This document shows positions 52,284 to 64,000 of a stretch of 64,000 nt of DNA, piece after piece. The stretch lies in NCBI RefSeq assembly GCF_009834535.1, contig NC_045696.1, positions 114,268,001 through 114,332,000 of the forward strand, given 5' to 3'. A model generated the notes under the pieces. That model did not search any database and was not told the DNA's origin. It saw nothing but the letters and a program-made list of their open reading frames with translations. This DNA comes from Camelus ferus. Taxonomy: Eukaryota. A program made the position numbers and the translations under genes. Positions within the stretch are counted from its first letter, which is position 1, and every line of letters begins with the position of its first letter.

Positions 52284-53036
52284 CTTGGACTTATATGAAA
52301 CTTTCATTGAAATATCCAATAATCACTTTCTAGGTGAATGCAAGTGTAAAAGATGTTACTTATCTTTCACAACAGAATAATAAAAAGAAAATTTATCCCT
52401 TCCTCAGGAATCATGATTAGTACTCCTTTATCAATATTGACCTCACCACAGAGCTAAATTTAATTACTGGGGCACATATTTACCTTTGATTTGTGTGCAT
52501 AACTCAAAGTGATGCCAAGAGCAATGCAACATGACAGTTTAAGACAAATTAGAGCCATAAAATCTAACCTGCTGTTACAATTTTTGTATTTATGATTTAG
52601 GCTCCATTTCACATGTTTTATGTCTAGTTTTTATAGCAATGCACTCATCACCAGCACCTCTGGGCACAAGTACAAATCACCACTTACAAAAACAACAGAT
52701 TGGCAAAAATCAGGCTCCAGGCTTCACCCCCGTCACCTGTCTCAGGCACAAGTGCCAGCCAGTAGATGAATTTCCTTCTGGGAGCCCTTAGGGCTTGCAT
52801 CCTTGGACTCTTAATGAACCAAGTCAGAAGGGAAATGTCTGATTCAGGGACCTGGTAAGCCTGAACTTCTTTGTGTTCAAAGGTAGGGTCACTTGGGAAC
52901 TTGTCTAATCTTAATAACTGATTAAAGTTGTACAAAAAAGAAATACAAGTCAATTTGCAATTGTGTGATAAATATAAGAGTAGCTGCAACTTAACTAGCA
53001 CTTACGCTATACTGGATGCCGGTCTGTTCTAAGCAC

Positions 53037-53039
<3 letters not shown>

Positions 53040-53092
<53 letters not shown>
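53040..53092. repeat. (CA)~26 microsatellite inside a MIR
   Basis: Perfect CA run; MIR core follows (tttatagatagggcaactgaggtgcagagaag). Confidence 0.95.
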
Positions 53093-53093
<1 letters not shown>

Positions 53094-53217
53094 TAATTCA
53101 TTTAATCCTCATGATATGACAGTGAAGTGGGTCATAATATTATCCTAATTTTATAGATAGGGCAACTGAGGTGCAGAGAAGCTGAGTGACTTGCACGATC
53201 TCACAGCAAGTGAGTTG

Positions 53218-53620
53218 TTGTAGGCTGGGTGCCCCACGAAGTGGGTTCTGGCATTGGGGTGTGCATGCAGGAAGTGTTAGGCAGTGCTCCCAGAATCAAC
53301 ACCTGGGGCAGAGGAGGAAGCAGGCAGGGTTGGGCAGAAGGAGAAGTTGGGGTGTCATTCAATCTCAGCAAAGGCTACAGTCAACCCCAAAGGGAAGCTC
53401 TGGAGCAAGGATGGCTCTGCATAGTTTTCCAGAATTGGGATCAGGAGGACAGGTTTTTATATTAAGCAAATTTGTCCCCGGGACAGTGTTGTGACCTTGG
53501 ATGTCTTCGGTAGAAGACAGTTCCTAGACAGCTGACTGTTGACACCACTGTCTGTAGCTGGGGGTATCAATTCTTAGTTCTGAAGAAGGATCTGGGTGCC
53601 TTGTCACACAGGATCCACTG
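53218..53620. mobile_element. Ancient ERVL/MaLR-type LTR inserted in MIR
   Basis: GC-richer block splitting the MIR (MIR resumes agcagagctgtgattc at ~53620). Family uncertain. Confidence 0.45.
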
Positions 53621-53784
53621 AGCAGAGCTGTGATTCAGAGCTAGGATGTCTGGCTTCAGAGTTCAGGATCTTAAGTCTAACTGTTCCACTGTGGCATTTA
53701 GGATCTCTGTTGCCTCATTGATTTCCCATCTGGAAGATCTGTCCATTGATGTTAGTGGGGTCAGAGATTAGGTTGTTAACCATA

Positions 53785-54269
53785 CAGATCTCCCTTGACT
53801 TATGATGGGGTTACATTCCAATAAATTCACCCTAAGTTGAAAATGTCCTAAGTAAAAAATGCATTTGCTGTATCCAACCTACTGAACATCGCAGCTTAGC
53901 CTAGCCTACCTTAAGCGTGCTCAGAACACACACATTAGCCTACAGTTGGGCAAAATCATCTAACACAAAGCCTGTTTTGTAATAAAGTGTTGACCATCGT
54001 TCGTGATTTACTGAATATTGTACTGAAAGTGAAAATCAGAAAGGTTGTAAGTGTACTGGTTATTCACCCTTGTGATTGCATACGACTAGGATCCGTGGCC
54101 ACTGCCCAGAATCACCAGAGAGTATCAAGACACATATCACTGGCCCAGGAGAAAAAAAATCAAAATTCAGAATTCAAAGTATAGTTTCCACTGAATGCTT
54201 CCTACTTTTGCATCATTGAAATGTAAAAAAATACCTCAAGCTGAACCATTGCAAGTCAGGAACTGTCTG
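53785..54269. mobile_element. MER47/Tigger5-type DNA transposon
   Basis: ta|cagatctcccttgacttatgatggggttac..agcttagcctagcctacc..gcaagtcaggaactgtctg; terminal inverted repeats recognisable. Confidence 0.85.
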
Positions 54270-55999
54270 CATATGGAATTGTATGTAGTACACATACTGT
54301 GTTCACACTATGTAAATAAGAACAGGTAGGGCTAATACGCTTGGTTGGATGGTTAGAAATACTTTTAGAAGGAGATTAAAAATCTGATCAGACCATTGAT
54401 TTTGATGTGGTGTATTTTTCACTTAGATACCTAAGACAGTAAGCTCAATTATTAAATATTCACTATTAAGTGCTTAGGTTCTTTAGGATAGACATAACAG
54501 AAATGGACTCAGGTTAGCAAAAACAAAGGAAAGATAAAGGGGGTTCTCCTGGGATCAGAGAAGAACTGAACAGCAAGCCTTGGGAAGGGCAAGGGTGCAG
54601 AGGGGCTGAGGCAGCTGGAACCAGGGATGTAGTCCTGCCATGTCCCACCTCTGCTTCTCATGCCACACAAGTCATCTCACACAATGGGAAATAATGAGCT
54701 ATCAGAACAGGTGAAGAGAGACTATTCTCCAGTGTTTTCTTGTCCCAAGTTCTGGGGAAGGGATCCATGGCTCAGCTGACCTTGGCAGCTACTTCTGGCA
54801 CCAGGTTGCTGCAGTGAACTTCTATTAAGATGGGGGCTCTGGATTTTATTATACTGATGGAGGAGAAAGACAGTTCTTAGGAAATCGGTATTGAGCGGAT
54901 AAACCCCAATATCATAGGGATGTTCAGCACAACGTGTCTGAAACTCTACTTTTATGTAACCCCAAGGAAGCAACGAGAGAGCTCCCCAGTGGAGATCATG
55001 AATAAGGCAAAAGAGCAAGCCTTTCTCTACAGGTGCCTTGTACAGGTCTCTGATTTGCTGGGTGGCTGCCCCAGCGCCCTGCTGTCTCTTCGTATTAGAA
55101 GACAGTCTGTGATACAGCATGTGCCCCATTCTCTGTCTTGTATGATAGAAAAAGGAAATGGATGTGTACTGCAGCCTGTGGGCTTAACGCAGCCGGAAGC
55201 TAGCACCGCAGATACGCGTTATTACAGTATCAGGAGGAGTGATGAAGAGGCTTTGGAATCTGCAACTGTGGACCGACATTCTTGTTTCCTTTTAAGATGG
55301 AAGAGTAATAGCTTCTTCTCCAGGGCAATTGGCCACTTAACTGATAATTGGTGTATTAAGGAAAATAGAGCAATTTTTGAGTTATTTGTCTGTGTTAGAA
55401 GCTTTACACACATATGAAATAATTTTCTCTACATCTGACCAGCCTGATACAATTCAGAACAAAAATGATTAAGCAGTGACCCAGTGTTTAGTACCACTAT
55501 TATCCAACCAGTAAGGGGCAGAGCAAAGATTTGATTGCAAATAAGTGAATCCAAAGACGTACTATTTACTATAAAAGTAACATATCAAAAAATCCGAGAA
55601 ATACATACAATGTTCCTTAAAACTGACATTCTTTAAATATCTACATTTTCTTAAAAAATGGAAAAATCGCCTATTTGTTCTGTCATCAGAAGTCAGGATA
55701 GTAACCATCTTCATTTATATTCTTTTTAAAGATTTTGTTTGTTTCATAGAGTTACATCCTGGCATTTCCTGTTTTTCCAGATGAGTGAGGGATTGGCTGT
55801 GGATTGTTACCCCTGCCAGCTGGGTCTGGTCAGACTGGTATGCTGATATTTTCTGAAGCTTCTGAAAGTCTTCCTTATCTCCAGAGTATGAATTCTGGAG
55901 TTCTTGTGGAAGGTTTCCTAATTGCAGAGAACTGACACCCTGAAGGACAGTTTGAGCACATTTTCAAGTATTTATTGCAAATGTGCATCTCAGTGATTC

Positions 56000-56130
56000 T
56001 TTTTTAATTTTAATTAATTTAATTTAATTTTTAATTTTTTTGTTGAACTATAGTCAATTTACAATGTTGTGTTAATTTATGGTGCACAGCATAGTGGTTC
56101 AGTTATATATATATTCTTTTTCATTATAGG
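56000..56130 (-). mobile_element. L1 3' end fragment
   Basis: gttgaactatagtcaatttacaatgttgtgttaattt..ttttcattataggc. Confidence 0.7.
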
Positions 56131-58753
56131 CTCTAAGAAACCTGGGAGGAAGAGTGGATTTGAGATGAGGGGAAGAAGCCCATCATGGTGGGATGAGCCA
56201 AATTTGAGAAATCTGTGGGATACGTAAGCAGAGGTTCAAACAGACACTTGGGGACAGGGGTCTGATGCTCTGAGAGAGGTCTGGGGTCAAGATGGAGATC
56301 TGCGGACTATCAGTTCCAGGAAGAGTTAAATTTGCCTGGTGGAGAGGATGTAGATGGAGAAAAGAGAGCATCTGAGATGGAGCCCTGATCGTTAACATCG
56401 AAGACGGAGGGAGAAGAAAAAAGGCTTCGAAGGCAGAGTCACCAGGGACAGGATGCAAATCAGGGGACTGTTGTGCTGAGTGACCGGAAGGGACTCTCCA
56501 GGAGAAGGTAATCAATTGTGTCACTGGGAGGAGAGTTCCTGAAATAGGGGTGGAGATGGGGAGACAGATTGGGTTGTGAATTGAGGAGTGAAGGGGAGGA
56601 AGAAGAGGAAGAGGAAAAGGGGGTAGGGGAGTGAGAGGAAGAGGGTGCAGGGGAGGAGGAGGGCGAGAGGGGTGAAAGGGGAGAAAACAAATGAAGGAGA
56701 CTTGGACCAGCCTCTCTGGATCTCAGCTTCTTCCTCTCACTGAAGGGTGAAAGAAATGATTAAGATTTCTAACAACTTAAGCAGGTATGAAATTACAGGG
56801 CTTTTTCAGGTCAGTGTGCATACCTGGTAGATGAAAAAAAGTCATCATCCCCAATCCAAGATGGGTTGCATGAGCTTACGTAAAATCGATACTGAGCATT
56901 TTGTGGTAAAGGAGGTCTTACGATTCACATGCTGAATTTCCCATGTTGCTTCCCCGCAGGCATCGTATTAAACTTCAGTGTAATTCTCTTATATTTGTTT
57001 CACGAAATCACAAAAATTTCATTAGTGGAAAAATCAAATCAGGTATGCCTGAAGTCTTTGACTTTTATGGACGTGAATGCAGATTGGTGCTGTAAAATCC
57101 CTTTTGAATACAGTCCTAGTAGAAACGTGTTGTTTATAGCATGACACCACTTGAGTTAACTTCTTGCAGGTAATTTTATCCAGGTTTCCGTCTGGAGTTG
57201 CTTAACTAGAGGACTCAACGTTTTGCCAAAATGACATTGTCCCCTCCTAACCTCAAATGATTAACTACTTTTTCATCCTTTGGATAGTCAGAAGTCACCT
57301 TATTTAAAAATTGTTGTGGTAAAATCGTATTTTAACATCACTTTTGGTTGGCTCTTAATATATACGGTATTGGAAAAAACATCTCCAGGCCTTTCTGGGT
57401 GGTCTATGTCTTCCAATTTCTTAGTTAATCTGAGAACTCGCTGGCATAAAACTGGGGTGTGTGCGCAGTGCTTTGGGGTAAGTGATTAAATGTTAATGTA
57501 TCATTTTCTTTCGTGAATGACCTTGTCCAGTGATGGTGGAGTGAAGCACTGGGCACATATCAGCCAATCCCTGGTGGTCAAATGAACCTTAATTAAACAG
57601 TAAAATGTTGCCATCCAGACTATTGGGCTAGAAGACTGAGACACTGATACCTAGCAGTTATTTTAATGAAGGACATTTCCAATGTTGGTTAACATTAAAA
57701 TCTGATATATCCACTTTCATAAAACCCCAAACACTTACTGTTTTCCAACATTCTTTCACTAAAAAGATGTAAGAACAGAGTAATAAAAGATGAGTTTTGT
57801 GACCACCATTTATAACAGAGCCAGTCCTTTCTTGAACTTGAAGAGAGCAGCAGGGGTGATGGGAGTAGTCGCAGGTGAGCCCATATAATGGGCTGTTGGG
57901 ACACAGCACTGATGGCATCAGTGTTAAGCACTATTCTGGGTCTCCATCCATCAGCAGCCTCCATGATGCTGACAAGAACGTGGCCATCTGATTCACCCAG
58001 AGAGAACTATTTTCTGGTCCATTGTTTGCAAAAGCAGGGCCAAACAAAACTAAGACGATTTCAAAGTCACCAAATCTACCAGGCAAGACAACTTCCCGGT
58101 TTGGGAAAAGACTTTCAACTTGGGCCCATTGTATTCAGGGTTTAGATACGTCCACCATCCTGAAATAGGAACTGAATTCGGTGACGTCTGGAAGAAGGCT
58201 CTGAATTATGATTTTAGTGGACAAACAAAATAAAACAAAACAAAACAAAGGTGATGTGGATTTGTGTTCCCCAAAATATGTGGTCAGAACTGGCTTGGAG
58301 TTTGGCATTTTGTAACCCAGAATACACTGTTCCTCTGAAGGCAAATTCTGTGAGAAGAAAAATTCTGGAGGTACCTTAGTCCCACATTGGAATCTTCTGG
58401 ATCTGAGTGGTAGTCAGCTAGGTTGACAGACCAGGTTGGGGACACCAGCTTGACTCCCAGACATAGCAGGGTGGTGAGGGGCAGTAAGAGGAAGGTGGGC
58501 ATGTGGAACCTTGGGTTCATCCTCTGGGGCTGTGGTCATGGTTAACAGCAGCTGAGGCTCTGGAATAAATCAGGAGAGATGCTACATGACCCCTGTCTCC
58601 TCTTCTGCTTCCAGAGTTCCCTGGAATGGAAGTTCAGAAACAAAAAATCTGCTTTGCCTCCCTCCATCCTTCCACTTTCCCACCCTTCCTCCTCCCACCC
58701 CTTGTGCCTTCACTGTCTCTCAGTCACTCTGTACTGACATTAAGCTCAGATGT

Positions 58754-58802
58754 TCTGGAAACATAAATGTCCATCGATAGATGACTGAATTTAATAAGTT
58801 GT

Positions 58803-58850
<48 letters not shown>

Positions 58851-59356
58851 ATGGAATACTACTCAGTCATAAAAAAAGAATTAAATAATGCCATTTACAG
58901 CAACATGGATGGACCTGGAGATCATCATTCTAAGTGAAGTAAGCAAGAAAGAGAAAGACAAATACCATATGATATCACTCAAATGTGGAATCTTAAAAAA
59001 AAAGACACAAATGAACTTATTTAGAAAACAGAAACAGACTCACAGACATAAAAAACAAACTTATGGTTACCAGAGAGGGAAGAGGGTGGGAAGGGACGAA
59101 TTGGGATTTCAAGCTTTGCAGATACTAACTACTATGTATAAAACTGATAGACAACAAGGTCCTACTGTGTAGCACAGGGAACTATACCCACTTTTTTACA
59201 GTAACCTATAATGAAGAAGGATATGAAAAGGAATATATGTATGTGTATGGATGACTGAAACATCATGCTGTGCACCAGAAATTGATGCAACATTGTAAAC
59301 TGATGATACTTCAACTGATAAATAAAAATAAAAATAAAAATAAAATAAAATTTAAA
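58754..59356 (+). mobile_element. 5'-truncated L1 with TSD aagctcagatgt, inserted in L2
   Basis: TSD at 58742-58753 and 59357-59368; MPFTATWMDLEIIILSEVS; internal (TA)n at 58805-58845. Confidence 0.92.
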
Positions 59357-60681
59357 AAGCTCAGATGTCTTTTCTTTTGGAAAGATTTCCCTGAAGCCTC
59401 CCATCCTCATTTTCTTCCTCTGCTCAGCCCAGTTCCATAGTCTGAGTTAGGTAACTTTGATTTTTAAATACTTACCACAGTACAGGATAATTGCTTGCTT
59501 ATGTGGCTGCCCCACCATTATTGACCCCTGGGGAAAAGCGTGGTGTGGTCTGTCTAGCACCTAGCATGGAGCCTGGGTGGAGAGCGGCATCTTGGGAGGA
59601 ACTGAACGAATGAAAGGCGATTTGGGGAAGCTGCGTTTTATTCACATTCAATGTTAGAGTTGCTCAGCCCTTTTCTACTTCAAAGGAGGCAATGAAGGTG
59701 GCCTCTTCTAAAAATACAGTATGTTGATTTATGTCAGCTCCTGTCCCTCCCACTTTGTGGTGGCTTGAAAAATACCATGATCCTTGAGTCCAAGCATTTT
59801 TGAGATTCCTAATTAATACTTCAGTTTTCAGGTGTCCCTATAAACATTCCACTACTCCGAGGGCACAGACACTTAAACTCGTATGCATACACATCCATGA
59901 CCTGCATGGATTAGAATGGAGGCAGCAGTGTGGATGAGAATGACGTTGACTGGCCTGGGGAGGGAGGGGTGGTCCTGTAGCTGGGATGAAGTCACCTAGA
60001 GTGAAAATAGAGGCATGGAAGCAGGAAATGTCTTCTCTTACGACTTTCCCTAGTACTGACCCGGACAAGTTCATCCAAAAGATAAAAGGCAAACAGTCCT
60101 AAGGGGAGATTTAAAACCTGCACCAGGTAGGCAGTTGGCTAAGAGGGTTTGCCAGAGTGACTGATGCTTTCTGTTAATTGCACTGGACTGGTAATCACTA
60201 CATGATTTTGTTCAAGTGGATTCAGTGAATTCAGATGGAAGAAATGTGTTTCATTTTGTCCTAGAGAGGAATTTAGGTTTTTTCTGCCCAACCAAGTCAT
60301 GCACCTGCCATTAGTTACTCCAGTAAATATTTTACGGCTGTGATCTAGAAGCAAAATACCTTAGAAATTAGTGAATCTTCAACAAATATTATGTCATTAA
60401 AGACGAAAAATTCCTAATTCACAAATAAGTTGCTGTGTAACAAAGAACTGTAAATAAAGCCAAGGAGGATTTCTTTTAAAAAATAACTTTTCTAAGATCC
60501 ACTGAGTAACACTGAACCTTAACTGGAAAATTTTGCAGTGCTTGAGGTGTGTGGCCACTTGGAGGCGCTGTTGAAGGCTTTTTCACCTTTAGTGGGTTGG
60601 TTCCTAGACAGAGCATTTGGTCTTGAAACACAATTATGCTGGTTGGTTGCAGCTAAAACTGACATGGAACATAAAAAATAC

Positions 60682-61312
60682 TGTCAGGGAGGAAGAGATT
60701 TTCTTCTACCCTTCTACATTCTTCTGGATGGTCTAAGAATTAAAACTGACATGAGACAGATTAATGGGAGAAAATCACACAAAAGTTTAATGACAGATAT
60801 TCCTGGGAGAGACCCAGGAAGACTGAGTAACTCACCATAATGGCTGAAGCCCTCACCTCATACACCATCTTCAGCTAAAAACAAAAGAGGATGCTGGGGG
60901 TGGTGGTCTGGGACTTCATTGGGGTGGGGGGAGGCAATTCCCATGGAGGTGGAAAAGCAAAGGTTTGGTAAATAAGTATTTGTGGGACCATGAAGAGACA
61001 ATGGGACACAGAGAGGAATTTTAACAGAATTTTAATTTTGTTGGGTTCCTCCGTTTACACACCTAGGTCACGCTACAGTGATCTACGGTGATGCTCCCTT
61101 CCTGGAACAGGTCCCCTGAGGTACTGAAATGTTTATAGGGACATTTGAAAACTGAAGTTTTCCTTTCCTCATTAGGAATTACTAGCCACATTCTTTAGGC
61201 ACTAAGGAGGGACGTAAAGGTTCTTCCAGAGTCTTTTGTGTCTTGGTTGTTTCCAGATCGAAATATTTCTCATGCCAAAGAGACACTTTGGGGTGGCGAA
61301 TTTTGTTCCCCT
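60682..61312 (-). mobile_element. ERV1-class solo LTR
   Basis: tgtcagggagg..actgacatgagacagattaatgggagaaaa..atgccaaagagacactttggggtggcgaattttgttcccct. Confidence 0.65.
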
Positions 61313-62157
61313 AAAATAGTATGGAGGATTTTACTTAGAAGGATATATTATAAACTTATTTGTGAAATCCTGAGATATTACTTATTATTTTTTAAGCCTA
61401 CCTACTCTAGATGGATATTTACAATCATTTTATTCCCAATTCTAGTCATTTACATTTTTTCCCTTCCCTTACTTACTTCCTTCTCCCTTTATTTCTTTTC
61501 TCACTACTTCTTTATCTGAACCCTGTGCTGAGAATTTAGTGTACATAAATCTTTAAGGTCAAGAACATAATCTATTAAGACAAGTTATTTGTGAAAGATC
61601 AGCATTGTAAGCAGAACAAAATTAAGTTTATATTTAGCTGTCGGCCAAGAAATTGGAGGATGCTGGACAGGAATTTGAGTAGACAGTTTATTTTACATGA
61701 AATAAATGGCAAATTTAAACATACAATGCGATTTGTTTTTATAAATTCTCTATATATGTTTGTTTGTAGATTTGCTTTAGCGGGAAAGAATAATATCTTT
61801 GGCATTAGCCAGATCTAGGCTCAGTTCCCAGATAGCTGTGTGATCTTGATTAAATTAATTAACCTCTCTGAGCATCCAATTCTCATCTCCAACACTGTTT
61901 ATGTTGCAGGGGATTGTGAGGATTCAGTGAGCTAACATAGAGAAGAAACTCTGGCATACCAGGGATGTGTATAAGGATGTTTGTACGTCATTGATAATAC
62001 AGATGAAATTACTTCATCCTTTTATGTGTATTATATGTAGAAGGACTTTGATCAAATAGCATTGTAGAAATTTAGATAAAAAATGAATTTTGGGAGGCAG
62101 TATACTGCCGTATTTAAGAGCAGTAACTTTGGAGCAAGACCAACTTGGGCTTAAATA

Positions 62158-62603
62158 TGTTGACTTAAAAAAAAAATCTCACACACAACATAAAAGCTGT
62201 GAGTTGAGTGTTTTAGAGTCGTACTGAGAACCATAGCCTGGGAGACAGCTTCTCAGAGAGCTCTTAGAAACTCTTCCAAAGAGGTTAGATCAGCATATAT
62301 ATGATTTGGGCAGAAAAGGGTACATGCAACCAAGCACACACGTCAGTAGAAGGTTGCTGCTAGTCACAGGGAACAGATATCTTAGTTAATGGTTTTAATG
62401 TTTTCTAAGTATGGGAAGATGCAAGTGTCCAGATTCATAAACAATCTCTCCTGAAAATCACTATCTGAAGGCCTGTTCTGCCAGTTTCCCCAGAGCACAG
62501 AATGCCTCATTACTGACCTCCACCCTGAGCTCCTTTCAGGGTGTGTCAAAGGTCAGTGACTGCAGTGGCTCATGACTCAGTCCTTGGAAGAGCTGGGTGG
62601 CGA
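62158..62603 (-). mobile_element. ERV1-class solo LTR inserted in a MIR
   Basis: tgttgac..tactgagaaccatagcctgggagacagc..ctttcagggtgtgtcaaaggtcag..tttagttggca; MIR halves on both sides. Confidence 0.7.
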
Positions 62604-63894
62604 GTGACCTACTTTAGTTGGCAAGTCCTAGCATCGTCACTTGCTAGCAGGGTGTCCTTGTGTACATGACCCTCCCTCTGAACCTCAGGTGTCTCGTGAC
62701 ACCTGGAGGTAGGATTTTCACCCTCAAGGGAGCTTTGTGGATGGAGGAGAGTAGGGGTTTCAAGTAGTTCCAGTCTGTCCTCCCTACCTTGTTTGTTTGA
62801 ATTGTGCTGAGCAAATTCTCAGGGTTTCAGTGGGCATCAAAGATGATCAACAAAGAGCCTGTAGGCCATGGTCAAAGGACAGTGCACATCGAGCCGTTCT
62901 AGGCACAAACAAGGACACTTACAGGGCTCACTTACAGGGCAGTGTACTTCCATCAGCGTTGAAGAGGAAGTGTCTATGCAGGCAGAGGCTGGCACTCCTT
63001 TAAAGTGGATTCTCCTCTTCCCCCAAGGCCACACCGCTCTCCTCCATTCTCTTTCCTCTTGCAACTCAAGTAATTCCCATCTCTTGTTTGTGGCACGACC
63101 TCTAGGCCCTGCTGACTTCAGTTCTTAGCAGTTTAGATTCTCAAACGGTTCTCTCAGGAAGCCTGGCCTTTGAAAAGAAAATGCTTTGTTCTTGAGATGG
63201 CTGTCTCTGTTACAGATTTTAAAATTGCTTGAGAAACTAAAGACCCGAGTATTAGTCTTTCTTTCTTTTTGCACCCCTGCTAAGCAATCCTAATCTTCCA
63301 AAGGACAAGTGAGGCCTCTGAGGGCACGGAGGAACCAGCGTGGGAGATCGAGGGGCCAATTAGGAAATTTTCACATCTTATTTCACAACATGTATTTTAA
63401 CTGAGAGCACCTTTTACTATGATGTGGTTAGCTCAGCAGAGAAGGTTTAAAAATAACCTGCTTAGTTTTTGTGCTTTAAGAGTATCTGGGTAAGAAATAC
63501 TGATTCCTCACTTCCTATCTCCCTTGTGAAGACAAACATGTTTTATTATCTTGATCAAGTTCTTTTATTATCTGTTGCTGTGGTCATAGAATGACTCAAG
63601 TTCATTCATAGATTTAAGATAAACTCACAGAATTGAGATAAGCATATTTTTTTTTTTTTCCCTTGACAAAACAACTAAAAATCATGCTCTCCAGGCCAGG
63701 TTACCATGTGACATCACTTTGCTTGTAACATTCTGAGTCCATTAGTAAATGCCTAGAAAAGAGAAGTGATCAGATGGCAAACACAGAAAGTATTTGTGAT
63801 TTTCCTTCTGCTGTGATTAGTCCTGAATAGTGCAGTAGAGTCTCTCAGTGATTTTAATTGCAACAAGATATTATAAATGAATTGAAGCGAAGTG

Positions 63895-64000
63895 TTCTGC
63901 AGTTGGTAAACTGCGGCCCACAGGCCAAATCTGGCCTGTTTTTAAACTCGAGAGTGAAGAATGGTTTTCATTTTTAAAGGCCTATAAACAGAGCAAAAGA
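63895..64000. mobile_element. MER58-like hAT fragment
   Basis: gttggtaaactgcggcccacaggccaaatctggcctgtttt..gaatggttttcatttttaaa. Confidence 0.65.

Noticed and set aside
51988..52380. ORFs with FFLS/KKER repeats
   Set aside because: Translation of the CTTT/GCTT microsatellite.
54920..55417. 165-aa plus-strand ORF with a few CpGs
   Set aside because: Starts at the edge of a MaLR-like repeat; no recognisable domain or splice context. Likely a chance ORF.
1..64000. Prokaryote-type systems (CRISPR arrays, operons, defence islands)
   Set aside because: Sequence is mammalian; no repeat-spacer arrays or dense ORFs.

Overview
Mammalian, repeat-rich euchromatic DNA, most likely camelid (five copies of a tRNA-derived Vic-1-type SINE and young L1 3' ends of one shared type). 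I find no intact protein-coding gene: the ORF track is almost all L1 ORF2 debris, simple repeats or chance ORFs. The main signal is on the minus strand from about 41.7 kb to about 12.7 kb. It is a string of 13 or more decayed exon-like segments bounded by AG/GT sites. Read through stops and frameshifts, they give, in collinear order, motifs resembling the multi-RGS-domain proteins RGS22 and RGSL1 (N-terminal FFxxFL...PxYxVE, GxxxFxxYLTG, LFWxELEKF, YxxFLKS, LLEDEW, WM...RxALL). A small CpG-rich promoter with a perfect RFX X-box precedes them. I interpret this as an unprocessed, probably unitary, pseudogene of an RGS22/RGSL1-like ciliary/testis gene. The homology was judged by eye against remembered sequences and needs a database search. 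The rest is L1, L2, MIR, MaLR/ERV LTRs, hAT/Tigger DNA transposons and microsatellites; repeat family names are from memory and boundaries are approximate.
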